The translations under genes were made by a program, and so were the position numbers. Below are positions 13,583-26,149 of a stretch of DNA of 64,000 nt, piece after piece. The notes under the pieces were generated by a model. It was given only the letters and a program-made list of their open reading frames with translations, was not told the DNA's origin and ran no database searches. Numbering within the stretch: the first letter of the stretch is position 1; each line of letters opens with the position of its first letter. The DNA comes from Eledone cirrhosa (lineage: Eukaryota), in assembly GCA_964016885.1 (NCBI GenBank), contig OZ024751.1, positions 52,514,001 through 52,578,000 of the forward strand, in the 5' to 3' direction.

Positions 13583-14149
13583 TTAAGAAAAGATAAAAAC
13601 GTTATTTTCGCCGTTAAGTTCTGTCTGTCTGTGATAGCTTTGTTTAACACAAGTCCACAATGTAGGCAGCTTTTCTACAATACAAGAACAATTCCTACCT
13701 ACCAACAACTGTCTGACTGAATGCGCCGTGAAATGGAATTCATTTTTTAATCTGTCTGTCTGTCTGTCTTTATCAGTGTAATGAAGTTTTTTGTTGTAGT
13801 TGTTGTTGTTGCTTTTGTTGTTACTGTTGTGTGTGTTACTCCGCCCTTTATGCTAGCATTACCGTCTGTCTCGTCCGTTTGTGTGTGTATGATGTATATT
13901 ATATAGTATATGAATAGGTAAAATAACTTCACTTTGTTATATTTTCATTGTTAAATTAATATCATATATATATATATATATATATATTATATTATGTATA
14001 TATTATATCATATATATATATATATATCTTATATTATATCATATATATATTATATATATTTTATATTATATCATATATATATATTAAATATATATTATAT
14101 TATATAACGATATTAAACAAATGGAAACTACATTTATAAAACCATATTT

Positions 14150-14213
14150 ATTTCATTATATATATTTCAGGGATATCATATTAAAAATATGGTATGCCCT
14201 CTTCAGACAAAAT
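14150..14213 (-). ncRNA. Type I hammerhead ribozyme motif (family A element, about 14107-14290)
   Basis: Minus: ATTTTGT-CTGAAGA-GGGCATACCATATT ttt AATATGATATCCCT-GAAA-TATATA-TA-ATGAAAT. Confidence 0.8.
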
Positions 14214-15223
14214 ACAATATATAAACAGTTTTATAAATAAATTTGACATACCTTAAACTTTACAACTTCCATTTAAAAAGTTGTTTTGGTAGTGAAAATG
14301 TTAAGGACAGTTAGAAAGAAAGACGAAGAGAAAAAAAGAAAGAAAGTGTATAGTGCTAAGGACAGTTAGAGAGGAAGACGAAGAAAATGAAGAAATGTAT
14401 GTAAAGAAAAAACAACAGAGCGAGATAGAGAGAGAGAGAGATATGGGAGAGAGAAATATTGAGGAGGTGAAAAATGAATAACGTACAAAAGAGAGATTTA
14501 GGAGTGAAAGGGGTACTGTAATTATTTATTTATTTATTTATTTATTTAGTTATAGTGTTAAGGATACGGAGAAAAATAAAAATAAAAATAAATAAAGAGA
14601 GGTAGAGAGAGATATAGGTGGTGGGAGAAAAGAGGTAGATCGAGTAATATCTATTATACGAGGTGGGAGAGATAGGGGAGGGGTGATATACAGGAGGTAG
14701 AGTTAAATCAGCCGATACATAAGTCCCGTCAAGTGTAGAGGGAGGAGGAGAAGATGATAGATTTAAAATATCAGAAAGAAAGATGATAGATTTAAAATAG
14801 TATGTTTCATCAGTTTATCAATTCATATGAATTAGGTATTATAATGGTATTATTATTAGGTATTACAATATTCATGAATGAGACACATATCAATAATGTG
14901 TGAAAAAATAATGTCTATATGTTTAGTTTAAAAATTCTTAGGTTTATAATCAAAATCTGAGATAAAACTTCAAAAAAATACTGAAATACATAAGTATATA
15001 TGTATTTTCATGAAAAAAGAAAAAGAAAAAAGAGAAAGAAAAAGAGAAGGTTATCTCAAATTCAAGTTGACATTATAGACACGCATGTGAGTTTAAAATA
15101 TTTACTCGTTGTAACCCAACAATTTTAAATAAAACTTTTGCATATATTATATTATATATATATAATATAGACTGGGAAAATTGCTGGCCTTGTGCCAAAA
15201 GTAGAAACAATTATATATGTATG

Positions 15224-15273
<50 letters not shown>

Positions 15274-15448
15274 ACATTGTCATAATGCCAACCAAAAACA
15301 TATTTGTAGCTGTATGAACTTACAAAGTGCACATGTCCTAGACGTGGTTTCCTCGAGATTCGGCTCAATGGAATTATCAAACAGCGTCATAAACATATAG
15401 ACATCACTTAATTACTTACAGACACCAACACATACACACACTGAGGAT

Positions 15449-15482
<34 letters not shown>

Positions 15483-16406
15483 CACACACGAATACACACA
15501 CCCAGGAACACACACACACACACTTATATATATATATATATATATATATATACGCACACATACATACACCCACGAACACACGAATACACACTCACACGAA
15601 TGCTCACATTCACATAGGCATAACCACGCACACAAATATCAATCATAAATGCTACACACATAGTCACACGTGCTACACAGTCATTTATCTGTTGTAAACA
15701 ACTGAGCTTGGAGGACATTTTCTTCTCATATATACCTAAAATGAAAGGTACTCAGATGGTTGTGGCTTCCTGTCGACAACCTGTTTGTGTGTACGTGTAT
15801 ATACATATATATATATATACGCACTTTTGTGTGTGTGTATATATATATATATGTATGTGTGTGTGTATGATGTGTATGTATATATATATATATATGTGAA
15901 GTAATTCCGTCGGAAAAGTCCAGGAAAGAAGAGTGCTCTATGTAGGTAACAGAGCTTAATAGTTATGTAATAAACAACATAAGGCAATTATTCCATTTAC
16001 CAGTGGTTTCTTAAAAGCAAAAAATTTTGCTTTCAATCATCAGAATGAAAAAATCTTGGTCTATTTATTGAAATTGGATTTTAAAAAACAAAAATGCAAT
16101 CTATATGAAAGTGAGGCTGGAGAAGGAAGAAGGAAAGGAAAAATAAAATAAAAACACACATGCAAACACACACACACACACACGATTATATACATACACA
16201 CATATATATATATATATATAGATATATATATACATACACACATACATACACACATATACACATATATATGTGTATATATATACACATACACATACATACA
16301 TACATACATACATACACACATAAATATCAACATATCCATACATACACATACATATATACAACCACACACATATATATACACAAATATGAATATATATATA
16401 TATATA

Positions 16407-16440
<34 letters not shown>

Positions 16441-16574
16441 TACACATTCACATACATAGCCATACACACATACATATACATACACACAATGATACGTATA
16501 TACACACGTACATACAAACACATACATACACACATATATACATGCATACATATGCATGCACAATATTAGAAAAA

Positions 16575-16753
16575 CGGTGGATTGGCAGTATCGGTAGAGG
16601 GTCGGACGCCTTGCTTTCCAGCATAGTTACGTCCCTTTACGATCTGAGTTCAAATCCCGCCGAGGTTGACTTTGCCTTTCATCCTTACGGGGTCGATAAA
16701 ATAAAGTACCAGTAATGCACTGCGTAATTGCTGGCCTTGTGCTTAAAGTAGAA
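16575..16753 (+). mobile_element. tRNA-derived SINE (family 1) with target site duplication
   Basis: Family sequence flanked by ACAATATTAGAAAAA at 16560-16574 and 16754-16768. Confidence 0.9.
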
Positions 16754-17023
16754 ACAATATTAGAAAAATATACACACACCTTTACATATTCACACACGCA
16801 AATAAATATAAGAAAAAATATATATAAAAATAATAAAGACAAAGGTTGACAGCGATACAGGCAACAAATAAATGAAAATGGTAAGCAATACACACAAATG
16901 CACGTACACATACATATGTAAAAATAAATACATACACACACTCTCACACATAAATATACATATACAAATACATAAACACATACATACGCATACACAAATA
17001 CATACACTCACATATACACATAT

Positions 17024-17089
<66 letters not shown>

Positions 17090-17337
17090 ACACACACATA
17101 ACCATACAAATACGTACATATCACAAACACACACATATATATAATATATATATGTGTGTAAAACTCATTCTTAGATAATTCATATGAACCTTATTTAACT
17201 CTAAAATATATATATATATACACACATACATACTAACATACACATATATACCTACACACACATATATACATACACATACGTATGCATACGTACACACACA
17301 CACACACACACATACACAATTATAACTCAATATATAT

Positions 17338-17381
<44 letters not shown>

Positions 17382-17421
17382 GATATTAATAAATGGAAAC
17401 TATATTTATAAAACCATATCT

Positions 17422-17484
17422 ATTTCATTATACATATTTCAGGGATACCAAATTAAATTATGGTATGCCTTCATCAGACAAAAT
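17422..17484 (-). ncRNA. Type I hammerhead ribozyme motif
   Basis: Minus: ATTTTGT-CTGATGA-AGGCATACCA...TGGTATCCCT-GAAA-TATGTA-TA-ATGAAAT. Confidence 0.8.
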
Positions 17485-17728
17485 ACAATATATAACAGTT
17501 TTACAAATAAGCTTTGACGTAACCTATTAAAATGCAACCATTGTTTTTGGAAGTCATCCGGATAGTGCTTTATATCAGTTATAAAAATATTTACTTGTTG
17601 TATCCCAACAATTTTAAGTTGGGATACAACAAGCAAATATTTTTATAACTGATATAAAGCACTCGACAAATATTTGGAGTAAATATACGATATTAACAAA
17701 TGGAAACTATATTTATAAAACCATATCT

Positions 17729-17792
17729 ATTTTATTATACATATTTCAAGGATACCATGTTAAATTTATGGTATGCTTTCATCAGACAAAAT
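17729..17792 (-). ncRNA. Type I hammerhead ribozyme motif
   Basis: Reverse complement of 17941-18004. Confidence 0.8.
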
Positions 17793-17940
17793 ACAATATA
17801 TACCAGTTTTAAAATAAATATTGACATACCCTTTCAAAATGCAACCGTTACTTTTGGAAGACATCCAAAGGTCTTCCAAAAGTAACGGTTGCATTTTGAA
17901 AGGGTATGTCAATATTTATTTTAAAACTGGTATATATTGT

Positions 17941-18004
17941 ATTTTGTCTGATGAAAGCATACCATAAATTTAACATGGTATCCTTGAAATATGTATAATA
18001 AAAT
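17941..18004 (+). ncRNA. Type I hammerhead ribozyme motif
   Basis: ATTTTGT-CTGATGA-AAGCATACCAT aaatttaac ATGGTATCCTT-GAAA-TATGTA-TA-ATAAAAT. Confidence 0.8.
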
Positions 18005-18275
18005 AGATATGGTTTTATAAATATAGTTTCCATTTGTTAATATCGTATATATATATATATGAGAAAGAACAAAAATAATATAAAATAAATATTTTATATA
18101 TAAAAATTTGACAAATAATAAATAAAAAAAAAAAATATATATATATTTAGAAAAGGGTATAAATGCCCATAGCAGACCTAGAGCACTCAACAAGTTCATG
18201 GAGCAAAAGATCAATGAAAATATTCATCAAATTACTATATATAATGATGCACATACATACACCCTAATACAATTA

Positions 18276-18307
<32 letters not shown>

Positions 18308-18366
18308 TAAAATTATATACATACACACACACACAAAAAAACCCCAACCACAGACATAAAAAAACG

Positions 18367-18410
<44 letters not shown>

Positions 18411-18416
18411 CATATA

Positions 18417-20013
18417 CAGTGCCCCGCAAAAGTTTACAACACATTAGGAGAAATGCAGTTTTAGGTATTTTTAATAAAGTTAGGGTAATGAAAATGTTAC
18501 TACTGATAGAACATATAACGAGGCATTTAATGATACAATCATATTTTTTTAAAAATAACAAGGAAATAACTCATGAAGAAAAATCAATATTTTTATAACG
18601 CAAAAGTTTACAACACATTTTATATTTATCGCTTTTTTTCAAGAAAATTCTTAAATTTTCAGATTTAAAATTCAGTAGAATGTTCTAGATTAGGTTTAAG
18701 GTAACTTCTAAGGACTATTAAAAACATTACATCATTATTTGTCTGACAACCATCCTGTAAACATTGACAACCGTCCTGTAAACATGGACAATGTGGGGAA
18801 AAATAAACTGATTGATCAAGACCTCTGTAAACGCATTGTAGACCTTCATACAAATGGTGTTGGTTATAGAAAGATATCTTGTCAGTTAAATGTGCCATTG
18901 AGTTCAGTTGGTACAATAATTCGTCACTGGAAATCTCATCATTCCATCTGTCCTCTAATTAGTTCTGGTTGTCCTAGAAAGATAACGGAACGTGCAGCTC
19001 GGTTATTGACGAGAAAGGTTGGCAACGAACCCCGGTGTACTCTTTAAAATCTTCAGGATGACCTAGAAGAAAGTGGAGTAAAAGTGAGCACAGATACAAT
19101 TAGTCGTTCACTTCGTCGATATAATATCTTCTCGAGGTCTCCAAGTAAAACACCATTTCTTACGAGGAAACACGTTCTTCGTCGATTAAACTTTGCAAAT
19201 GAGCATCTCATCAAACCTGCGTCATTTTGGGAAGATGTACTTTAGTCGGACGAAACAAAAATTGAACTTTTTGGTCGAAATGCTGTGGCAAAAGTCTGGA
19301 GAAAGAAAGGTACTGAATATTCGCTGAAGAATACTATTCCAACTGTAAAATTTGGAGGTGGATCAATCCTGGTCTGGGGCTGCTTTAGTGCCACAGGAGT
19401 AGGAAATATTGAAATAATAGAAGGAAGAATGGGTGGCACTTATTATAGAGGTATTTTGCAAAGGAATTTACATCAAAGTGCACATTCTCTCAGCTTAAAG
19501 CCAGGTTGGTTTTTTCAACAAGATAACAATCCAAAGCATACTGCAAAGCTAACACAATCTTGGTTAAGTACGAATGGAATAAATGTTCTAAAATGGCCAA
19601 GTCAGTCTCCAGATCTTAACCCGATCGAAAATTTGTGGAGAGAATTCAAAAAAAGAAACCCCAAATATCCCTGAACTAAAGAAAATTTGTTGTGAAGAAT
19701 GGATAAATATAAGCCAAGAAACATGCAAGAAGTTTGTAGGAGGCTACTCCAAACGCCCTACAGGCTGTAATTAGCAACAAAGGTTACGCTACGAAATATT
19801 AAGAGATGATTTAATGTGTTGTAAACTTTTGCGTTATAAAAATATTGATTTTTCTTCATGAGTTATTCCCTTGTTATTTTTTTAAAACTATGATTGTATC
19901 ATTAAATGCCTCATTATATGTTCTATCGGTAGTTAAATTTTCATTACCCTAACTTTATTAAAAATACCTAAAACCGCATTTTTCCTAATGTGTTGTAAAC
20001 TTTTGCAGGGCAC
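18417..20013 (+). mobile_element. Tc1/mariner DNA transposon, IR/DR type
   Basis: TA|CAGTG start; about 200-bp inverted repeats (18417-18619, 19813-20013), each with two copies of GCAAAAGTTTACAACACATT. Confidence 0.95.
18784..19802 (+). pseudogene. Tc1 transposase (DD34E), disrupted
   Basis: HTH region, [33 protein letters not shown] stop; stops at 19045 and 19243 and frameshifts after about 19650. Confidence 0.93.
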
Positions 20014-22577
20014 ATAGGAAGAAGCCTGATCCTACGGCAGAGCTCAAGCCTTTTCTGAGGCTATTATATAAAAACACACAAAACCAATATATAAAAAATT
20101 AATATCTAAAAATAAAAAAATGTTTGGTATGTGAAGGGTAAGGCAAAAAAATAGGGGGGAAAAGGAGGGGGGGGGAATGACATAGGAAAAGGTTTAAATA
20201 TAAGGGGAGATATGGGAGAAAGAGAATACAAGAGTACAGAACGTGGATTCAGCATGTAAAAAAACCGTAGTAGAAGTAAAGAGCAGGAGAGGAGTTCAAG
20301 GCGGTTGAGTTATCATAGGAATGTCAATCAAGTTACAGATCAGATGTGATTTCAGATGAGGACAACATCTGACGATCTCGGTCTTTGAGTTCAGGCAAGC
20401 AGAAGTGGCTTTCAAGTTTAGCAAAATTCTATATTTTTCTGTGGTACACAAAGAACAATTCTTTGTGCCCCTTTGGTACTCCCTCGAATGGTCTAAAATA
20501 GACCAATCGATAGAGTACGGGATGTTTTTATCCTTGAATTCCCACACCTTACTTGCGAGGGCCGTTGTTGTTCGTTTGTCGGAGTGCTTAAAGGAAGCGA
20601 CATGTGAGTAAAACCTGGTTTTAAACCTGTCCTGGGTCATGCCGACATATCGCTCACTCCTGGCTGGCTGGTTGTTGATTAAAGGTGTTATTTTAGCCTC
20701 ATAAACAACAGATTTGGTGTTACATTTGCCCTGCAATGGGCATTCATCCGGCTTCCTGCAACTGCATCCTGGATTTGTTCTCGTATGATTTGAATTAGTG
20801 ATCTTGGACTTCATAGATGGGCAACAAGAGTAACTGATCTTAACTACATTCCTATTAAATATCTTATAATATCTATGATTAGGAGGAAAATGTTTATCTA
20901 AGAGATAAAGGAATTTCCTTCCTACATTAGTTTTGACAGTTAGAGAGAAGGGGGTGTAAACCAAATCATTTTCCTTTTCCTGTTATTGTGGTTAGTTTTA
21001 GGGGGGCGGGAGTAGGTAAATAATAAATTTGTTCAGTAAAACCGCTGTTCTTAAGGGCTTTATTATAATAAGGGGCGGCTTTATTAAAAATATCTATAGA
21101 CGAAGATAAGGTAGAAATCCTACGGCTAATGTTGGGAATAAGATTATTAAAAATTATAGGGGAGGGGTGGCAAGACTGTGTATATACCTAAGATTTTCAT
21201 TAGGTTTATAAGGTTTAAAAGAGGCGGTAAGTAGATCAAGATTAATATCAAGAAAGTTAGCATTGGTAAGGTTCGTATCTATAGTGATTTTAAGGTTAAG
21301 ATTAGCAAAGGTATTGATTAAATCTTTACGGAATTTATCAAGGTTATGGCCGTTGGTGGTATGAGAAACTGCCAATCCGTCATCACGGTATAAACCAATA
21401 TTATGGGAAGGAAATTTCTCTTTGAGGTTGTGGAGAAGGAATAATCCTACTAAGTCACACACATCCGCACTGTCATATCATATATTGCAACATCAAAAGA
21501 GTTTTCAGGGTTTGACTTTTTAACCCAAATATTTTCATTAGTAAAGAGTAAAGTTTTTCTAGCATGAAAGATAATGTCTTCTTCTAATTTAGAAATATTA
21601 ATAAAGGGTCTTGCAAACTCTAAGGCATTAGTTAATAAGGAAACAGTAATAGAGGGATAAAAATCAACAATATAAAATTGGGTAAATCTACACTTATTTT
21701 TACCTTGTATATTATTAAACCAAGAAATAACAGAGGAAGTATTTAGCCACTGTGATAGGTCAGTCTTAGTTCTAATTTGGAGAATTATTTTTCTTAAGAT
21801 TTTTTTACTTGCAAGGCCAACTTCGGATTTAGCCGGGTTAATCAGTCTACAACTAGGTCGATTAGTAAAGTCTAATTTATGGTCTTTAAGGGTAATATAT
21901 TCTTTACGCTTAGCTAGGCTTTCAATCCGGTTGTCTATTTTTAAAGAACTAGCTAGTTCTTTAGCTTCTTTATTAATAGTATTGTAGGTATTATTATTAG
22001 TTAATTGATATTTGTTGGTGATACTATTAGTTAAAAGTTGGTTATACAAAGTACTATTAACTTCAAAGAGATTTTTAGTTTTATCAGAAAGAACAAAGGT
22101 GTTTGTAGAATTTTTAAAATTAGAAATATCGTTAGACAGTTTAGTTTAAAAGTTATTATTGTACTTACGAAATTTGATATCACTAATTAAATTAACAAGG
22201 TCTAATTCGAAGTTGGCCATGTCTTTAATTCTGGGTGGATATTTACGGGATTTTATGTCAAAGCAATCATTAGTATCAGCACTGAATAGTCCATCGTAAA
22301 CCATTGCCTTCCATCTCATTCTTTTAACGACTTGTTCGATTTTATCTATAAGCATTTTGGTATAAGTTGTGTTGGAAGGAGTAGGTATATTTTTGATTGA
22401 ATAATCCAATCCATAAAGGTGTATGTTGGTTAAATTCCTGAAAACTGTAGAGTGCTCAACTAATCGGGCTGGAAAGTGCCAATCGTATATGTAATATAGA
22501 ATATGCTTCAATCAATCCCGGTTGGAGCTGTATCAATTCTTTGACATAATCATCGAATATTGTTTAACAATTTAATA

Positions 22578-22580
<3 letters not shown>
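20014..22580 (-). mobile_element. Penelope-like retroelement, Naiad-type, near full length, decayed
   Basis: ORF fragments carrying YSIKNIPTP, TLKDHK, CRLINPAKSE, GLYRDDGL, CxCx5C linker (CSCRKPDEC) and GIY-YIG (VVY...YVGMT). Confidence 0.92.
20296..22420 (-). pseudogene. PLE reverse transcriptase plus GIY-YIG endonuclease, frameshifted
   Basis: Pieces 22146-22511, 21450-22049, 21154-21462 and 20296-20964 join into one PLE polyprotein. Confidence 0.9.
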
Positions 22581-22659
<79 letters not shown>

Positions 22660-22771
22660 TATTAAATTGTTAAAGAATGATTTTTACAGTAGATTGGAAG
22701 CACTCAACGGAAAAATAATTTTCAGGAGTTATTAATATAAGTATTAATAAAATAGATGTTCTTTTGATCAA

Positions 22772-22824
22772 TTAAATTTATACATATTTCGGATGTACAA
22801 CAGTACGTCCTCATCAGACAAAAT
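22772..22824 (-). ncRNA. Type I hammerhead motif (3' stem I strand damaged)
   Basis: Minus: ATTTTGT-CTGATGA-GGACGTAC tgtt GTACATCC-GAAA-TATGTA-TA. Confidence 0.65.
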
Positions 22825-22935
22825 ATAATGATACATGACATACCCTGAGATGTTTCATGGTTAAGATTTAATCAAGGTAGTACCTTGATTAAATCTTAAC
22901 CATTTAACATCTCAGGGTATGCCATGTATCATTAT

Positions 22936-22988
22936 ATTTTGTCTGATGAGGACGTACTGTTGTACATCCGAAATATATATAATAAAAT
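22936..22988 (+). ncRNA. Type I hammerhead ribozyme motif
   Basis: ATTTTGT-CTGATGA-GGACGTAC tgtt GTACATCC-GAAA-TATATA-TA-ATAAAAT. Confidence 0.85.
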
Positions 22989-23022
22989 GTAATTGATCAA
23001 AAGAACATTTATTTTATTAATA

Positions 23023-23100
<78 letters not shown>

Positions 23101-23294
23101 AATAAAATACAGAGTTATTAACTCATATTGATACCCTGGATTTGGCTCCCTAACTAGGTGAGCTTATAAGTTGAGTGTAATAAGGCTATTATTTCTAGCA
23201 TATCCACTCACACCACGTATAGCGTGCAACCCACAAGGTGTATTCTTTACTCCTATGAGTTGTTGTTAAATGTGTTTTGTTTCATTTGATCTTC

Positions 23295-23382
23295 TCTCTC
23301 GCTGACGAAAGGCCTACGGATTATCTGTTACAAACACAATTTTCAGGGCGAAACAGATTAAATCTCTAATCTGTCCGAGAGA
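23295..23382 (+). ncRNA. Type I hammerhead motif with long stem III and GUC site
   Basis: TCTCTCG-CTGACGA-(imperfect stem II)-GAAA-CAGATTA aatctc TAATCTG-TC-CGAGAGA. Confidence 0.7.
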
Positions 23383-23852
23383 TGAAATGGTTATTGATAC
23401 GGTCTGTATATGAAATTTGGTATCTTACTGTATGTTTCAGGTTAAATATATAAAACAATTGTGGTATTCTCTACCCTCGTAATTTTAGACACAGAATTTA
23501 CTGTTTATTTCTACACACATATATATATAAATTTTAGTACAGCATTAACGAAGCTTTAGAACACGGCCAAGCTAACGAATGCAGAATCGGTCTGTAGCTT
23601 TAGCACTAGGATGGGGAAAAGAACCCCAGAGTAATAACAATACGTTCAGACGCTCGTCCTTCATCAGAAGAAAACATATACCGTCTTCATGTAAGTCATT
23701 GCTTACCTCCCTGCTTGTCTTTTGTCTTTTATATCTAGGCATGGTCTTGGATACAACTGGCACCTAGTATGTTGTCAGGCGCTTACTGCCCTCTACTAGT
23801 CGGATATATATAAATAATATAATATAATATAATATATGTATGTGTGGGTGTG

Positions 23853-23963
23853 TATCCCGGGTTCAATCGGGGGGTAACCGCAGTAAGGTACTCAATAGTA
23901 TAAACATTTATACTGTACTGTGTATTAAGTACCTTATTTACTGTGGTTACCCCCGATTAAACC
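23853..23963. mobile_element. Fold-back PLE terminal fragment (family of 1654-1790)
   Basis: AATCGGGGGGTAACCGCAGTAAGGTACTCAATA inverted against TATTAAGTACCTTATTTACTGTGGTTACCCCCGATT. Confidence 0.7.
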
Positions 23964-24082
23964 TTCAAAATTTGCAAAAACATTCTTGCGATACAAGGGA
24001 TGACAATTTCTTTTCTTTTACAACCTCACCACCAGGAAGGTGGCCGGTCAAAAATGTACTCGAAATTAAGAGAAAGAGAAAT
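23961..24082 (+). mobile_element. 3' terminal fragment of the R4/Dong element
   Basis: Closely matches 41743-41866 (ACCTTCAAAATTTGCAAAA...GAGAAAGAGAAA) and is followed by TACA/TA repeats. Confidence 0.9.
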
Positions 24083-24289
24083 ACATACATATATACTTAC
24101 ATATATATATATATATACTTTAGATTGTATTATATTATATTGTTAGTGGTGAAGTGGTTTAAATTTACACGATCATTTCAATATATTACACAATTATCAG
24201 TTTGTTTTTTCCCCTCATATGTAAACGATAACATTTCAAACCGGAAATACCATGCTATATGCTTTGATGATGCTTAATGGTGGTAGGAG

Positions 24290-24620
24290 TGAAGGTGCGT
24301 GGCTTTGTGGTTAGAGCATTGAGCTCACAATTGTAAGGTGAGTTCGAATCCCGGACCGGGTGGTACGTTGTGTTCTTGAGCAAAACACTTTATTTTACGT
24401 TGCTTCAGTATATTCAGCTGCAGAAAAGAGTTGCAATGTCACCGGTATCAAGCTGTATCGGTCATTACATTTCCCCTGAACAACATTGGTGGCATAAAGA
24501 GAGGAGACTGATATGTATAGACGATTGCTGATCTTCTACAAACAAACTTGCCCATACTTTTGTCTCAGAGGGGAACTTTTTAGGTGCAAAACCATAGTCA
24601 TTTGTGACCGATGGGGACCG
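24290..24620 (+). mobile_element. tRNA-derived SINE (family 2)
   Basis: TGGCTTTGTGGTTAGAGC, GAGTTCGAATCCCGG, TGTGTTCTTGAGCAAAACACTTT. Confidence 0.8.
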
Positions 24621-24729
24621 TAGATGGTATTAGTGATAGTGGTAATAGTAGTGAGTGGTAGTAGTAACAGCAGCATAATTGTTGGCCTTGATCCTAAATC
24701 AGAAACCATTATTATGACTTTCATAAGGA

Positions 24730-24925
24730 CGGTGGGTTGCAGTATCGTAGAGCGTCGGACAGCATGCTCTGTGGCATGTTGTTATGGCCATTTACGTTCT
24801 GAGTTCAAATCTCACCGCTATCATCCACCTGGGGGTCGATAAAATAAAGTCCCAGTCAAATACTGGGATAGATTTAATAGACTATTCTCCCTTCTCTAAA
24901 TTATTGGTCTTGTACGAAAATTAGA
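24730..24925 (+). mobile_element. tRNA-derived SINE (family 1)
   Basis: CAGTATCGTAGAG...GAGTTCAAATC...GGGGTCGATAAAATAAAGT. Confidence 0.75.
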
Positions 24926-25319
24926 AAATGTTATTTAAGATTAACAAGGAAAAATCCTAATAAAAAACAAAATTCGTATTTGGCACTTGGGCCACACCAG
25001 ATACCACTTCTAGTGTGTGTGTGTGTGAGAGAGCGAGAGAAAGAGGTGGGGGCAGATGTGTGTGTGTCTGTTGTGTGTCTTTATGTAATTTATACATAGA
25101 AATATCACTCTAGTACAGATGGTTGGTGTATCTACTTCTACAATTACTACCACCACTACTATCGTTACCATTACTGCTATTACCAGCACAACCAGCACCA
25201 CCACCACCACCACCATTGTTTTCATCAATAAACAAAACTTATCAAACTGACGACGACGAATGACAATCCCTGAAATTCAGTTTGTCCTCTTCCCCTCCCT
25301 TACCTTCTACCTATGTATC

Positions 25320-25362
<43 letters not shown>

Positions 25363-25564
25363 ATGCATATATGAGATTGAACTTCCGCTTGTTATTGTTT
25401 TCTTCTGTTCTAGAGACATATCCTTGACTATTAAGTGGACACTGGAGAAATAGGCTAGTGTGTGTACAGGATAGTGTGTGTACACATCAGTGTACACGGT
25501 AGTGTATGTAGACATCTGTGTACAAGGCTATGTACAGTCTGTACATAGTTATGTCTGTACTCAG

Positions 25565-25850
25565 CCCAGTGCCTTACTGATACATTTTCAACCTCTGAAG
25601 AATGAAAGGCAAAGTTGACATCGGCAGGATCTGAATTCAGAACTTAGAGACCACAAATGCCATACTATCTGACTCTGTAACGTATCTGCCAACCCCTTCC
25701 TCCAGATAATGGTTTCTGATTTAAGCACAAGGCCAATAATTCTGGGGTAGGGTGAAGTCGATTACTCGTACTTTATTTTATCGACCCCGCAAGGATGAAA
25801 GGCAAAGCTAATCTCGGCGGGATTTGAACGCAGAACGTAAAAGGGCGGTA
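25565..25850 (-). mobile_element. Two adjacent family 1 SINE copies
   Basis: ATGAAAGGCAAAG...CGGC(A/G)GGAT(C/T)TGAA occurs twice, the reverse complement of the family body and B box. Confidence 0.7.
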
Positions 25851-26149
25851 ACTAGTTAACCTAGTGGTAGCGCTTTGAAGAGTTGCATGTCTATTTGGGT
25901 GGAGGGATTTGAGATGAAATGTGATGTCTTTACCTTTTTATAAAATATTCCATCTGTTTTCTAATACATTCATCATTCTACACGTTGAAACGGTAGAAAC
26001 TTGGCATTTCCCCAATAGTGAATTCTATGCACCAAGTCTTTTTCTTCGCAAACAACCACAGACTGGAACAGTCTCTGGCAGACCTGGTGATTCCGCCCCC
26101 GCCGCCTTCTACGGAAATACAATATATATATATATATATATGCAGAGGT

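Larger units (their letters stand above)
17380..18050. mobile_element. Compound tandem and palindromic array of family A hammerhead element
   Basis: Direct copy with 307-bp offset, inner fold-back at about 17565-17662, and a palindrome with arms 17683-17862 and 17871-18050. Confidence 0.85.
22657..23026. mobile_element. Family B fold-back element with two inverted hammerheads
   Basis: About 140-bp arms centred near 22880 (AATCAAGGTA g TACCTTGATT); TA tracts on both sides. Confidence 0.85.

Noticed and set aside
13203-13650. Poly-His, Gly/Asp-rich and Val/Met-rich ORFs (also near 2149, 5575, 12117, 28417)
   Set aside because: Trinucleotide repeats with no splice or domain evidence.
17700-18033. 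Two near-identical 61-aa ORFs on opposite strands
   Set aside because: A consequence of the palindrome; other family A copies do not keep the frame.
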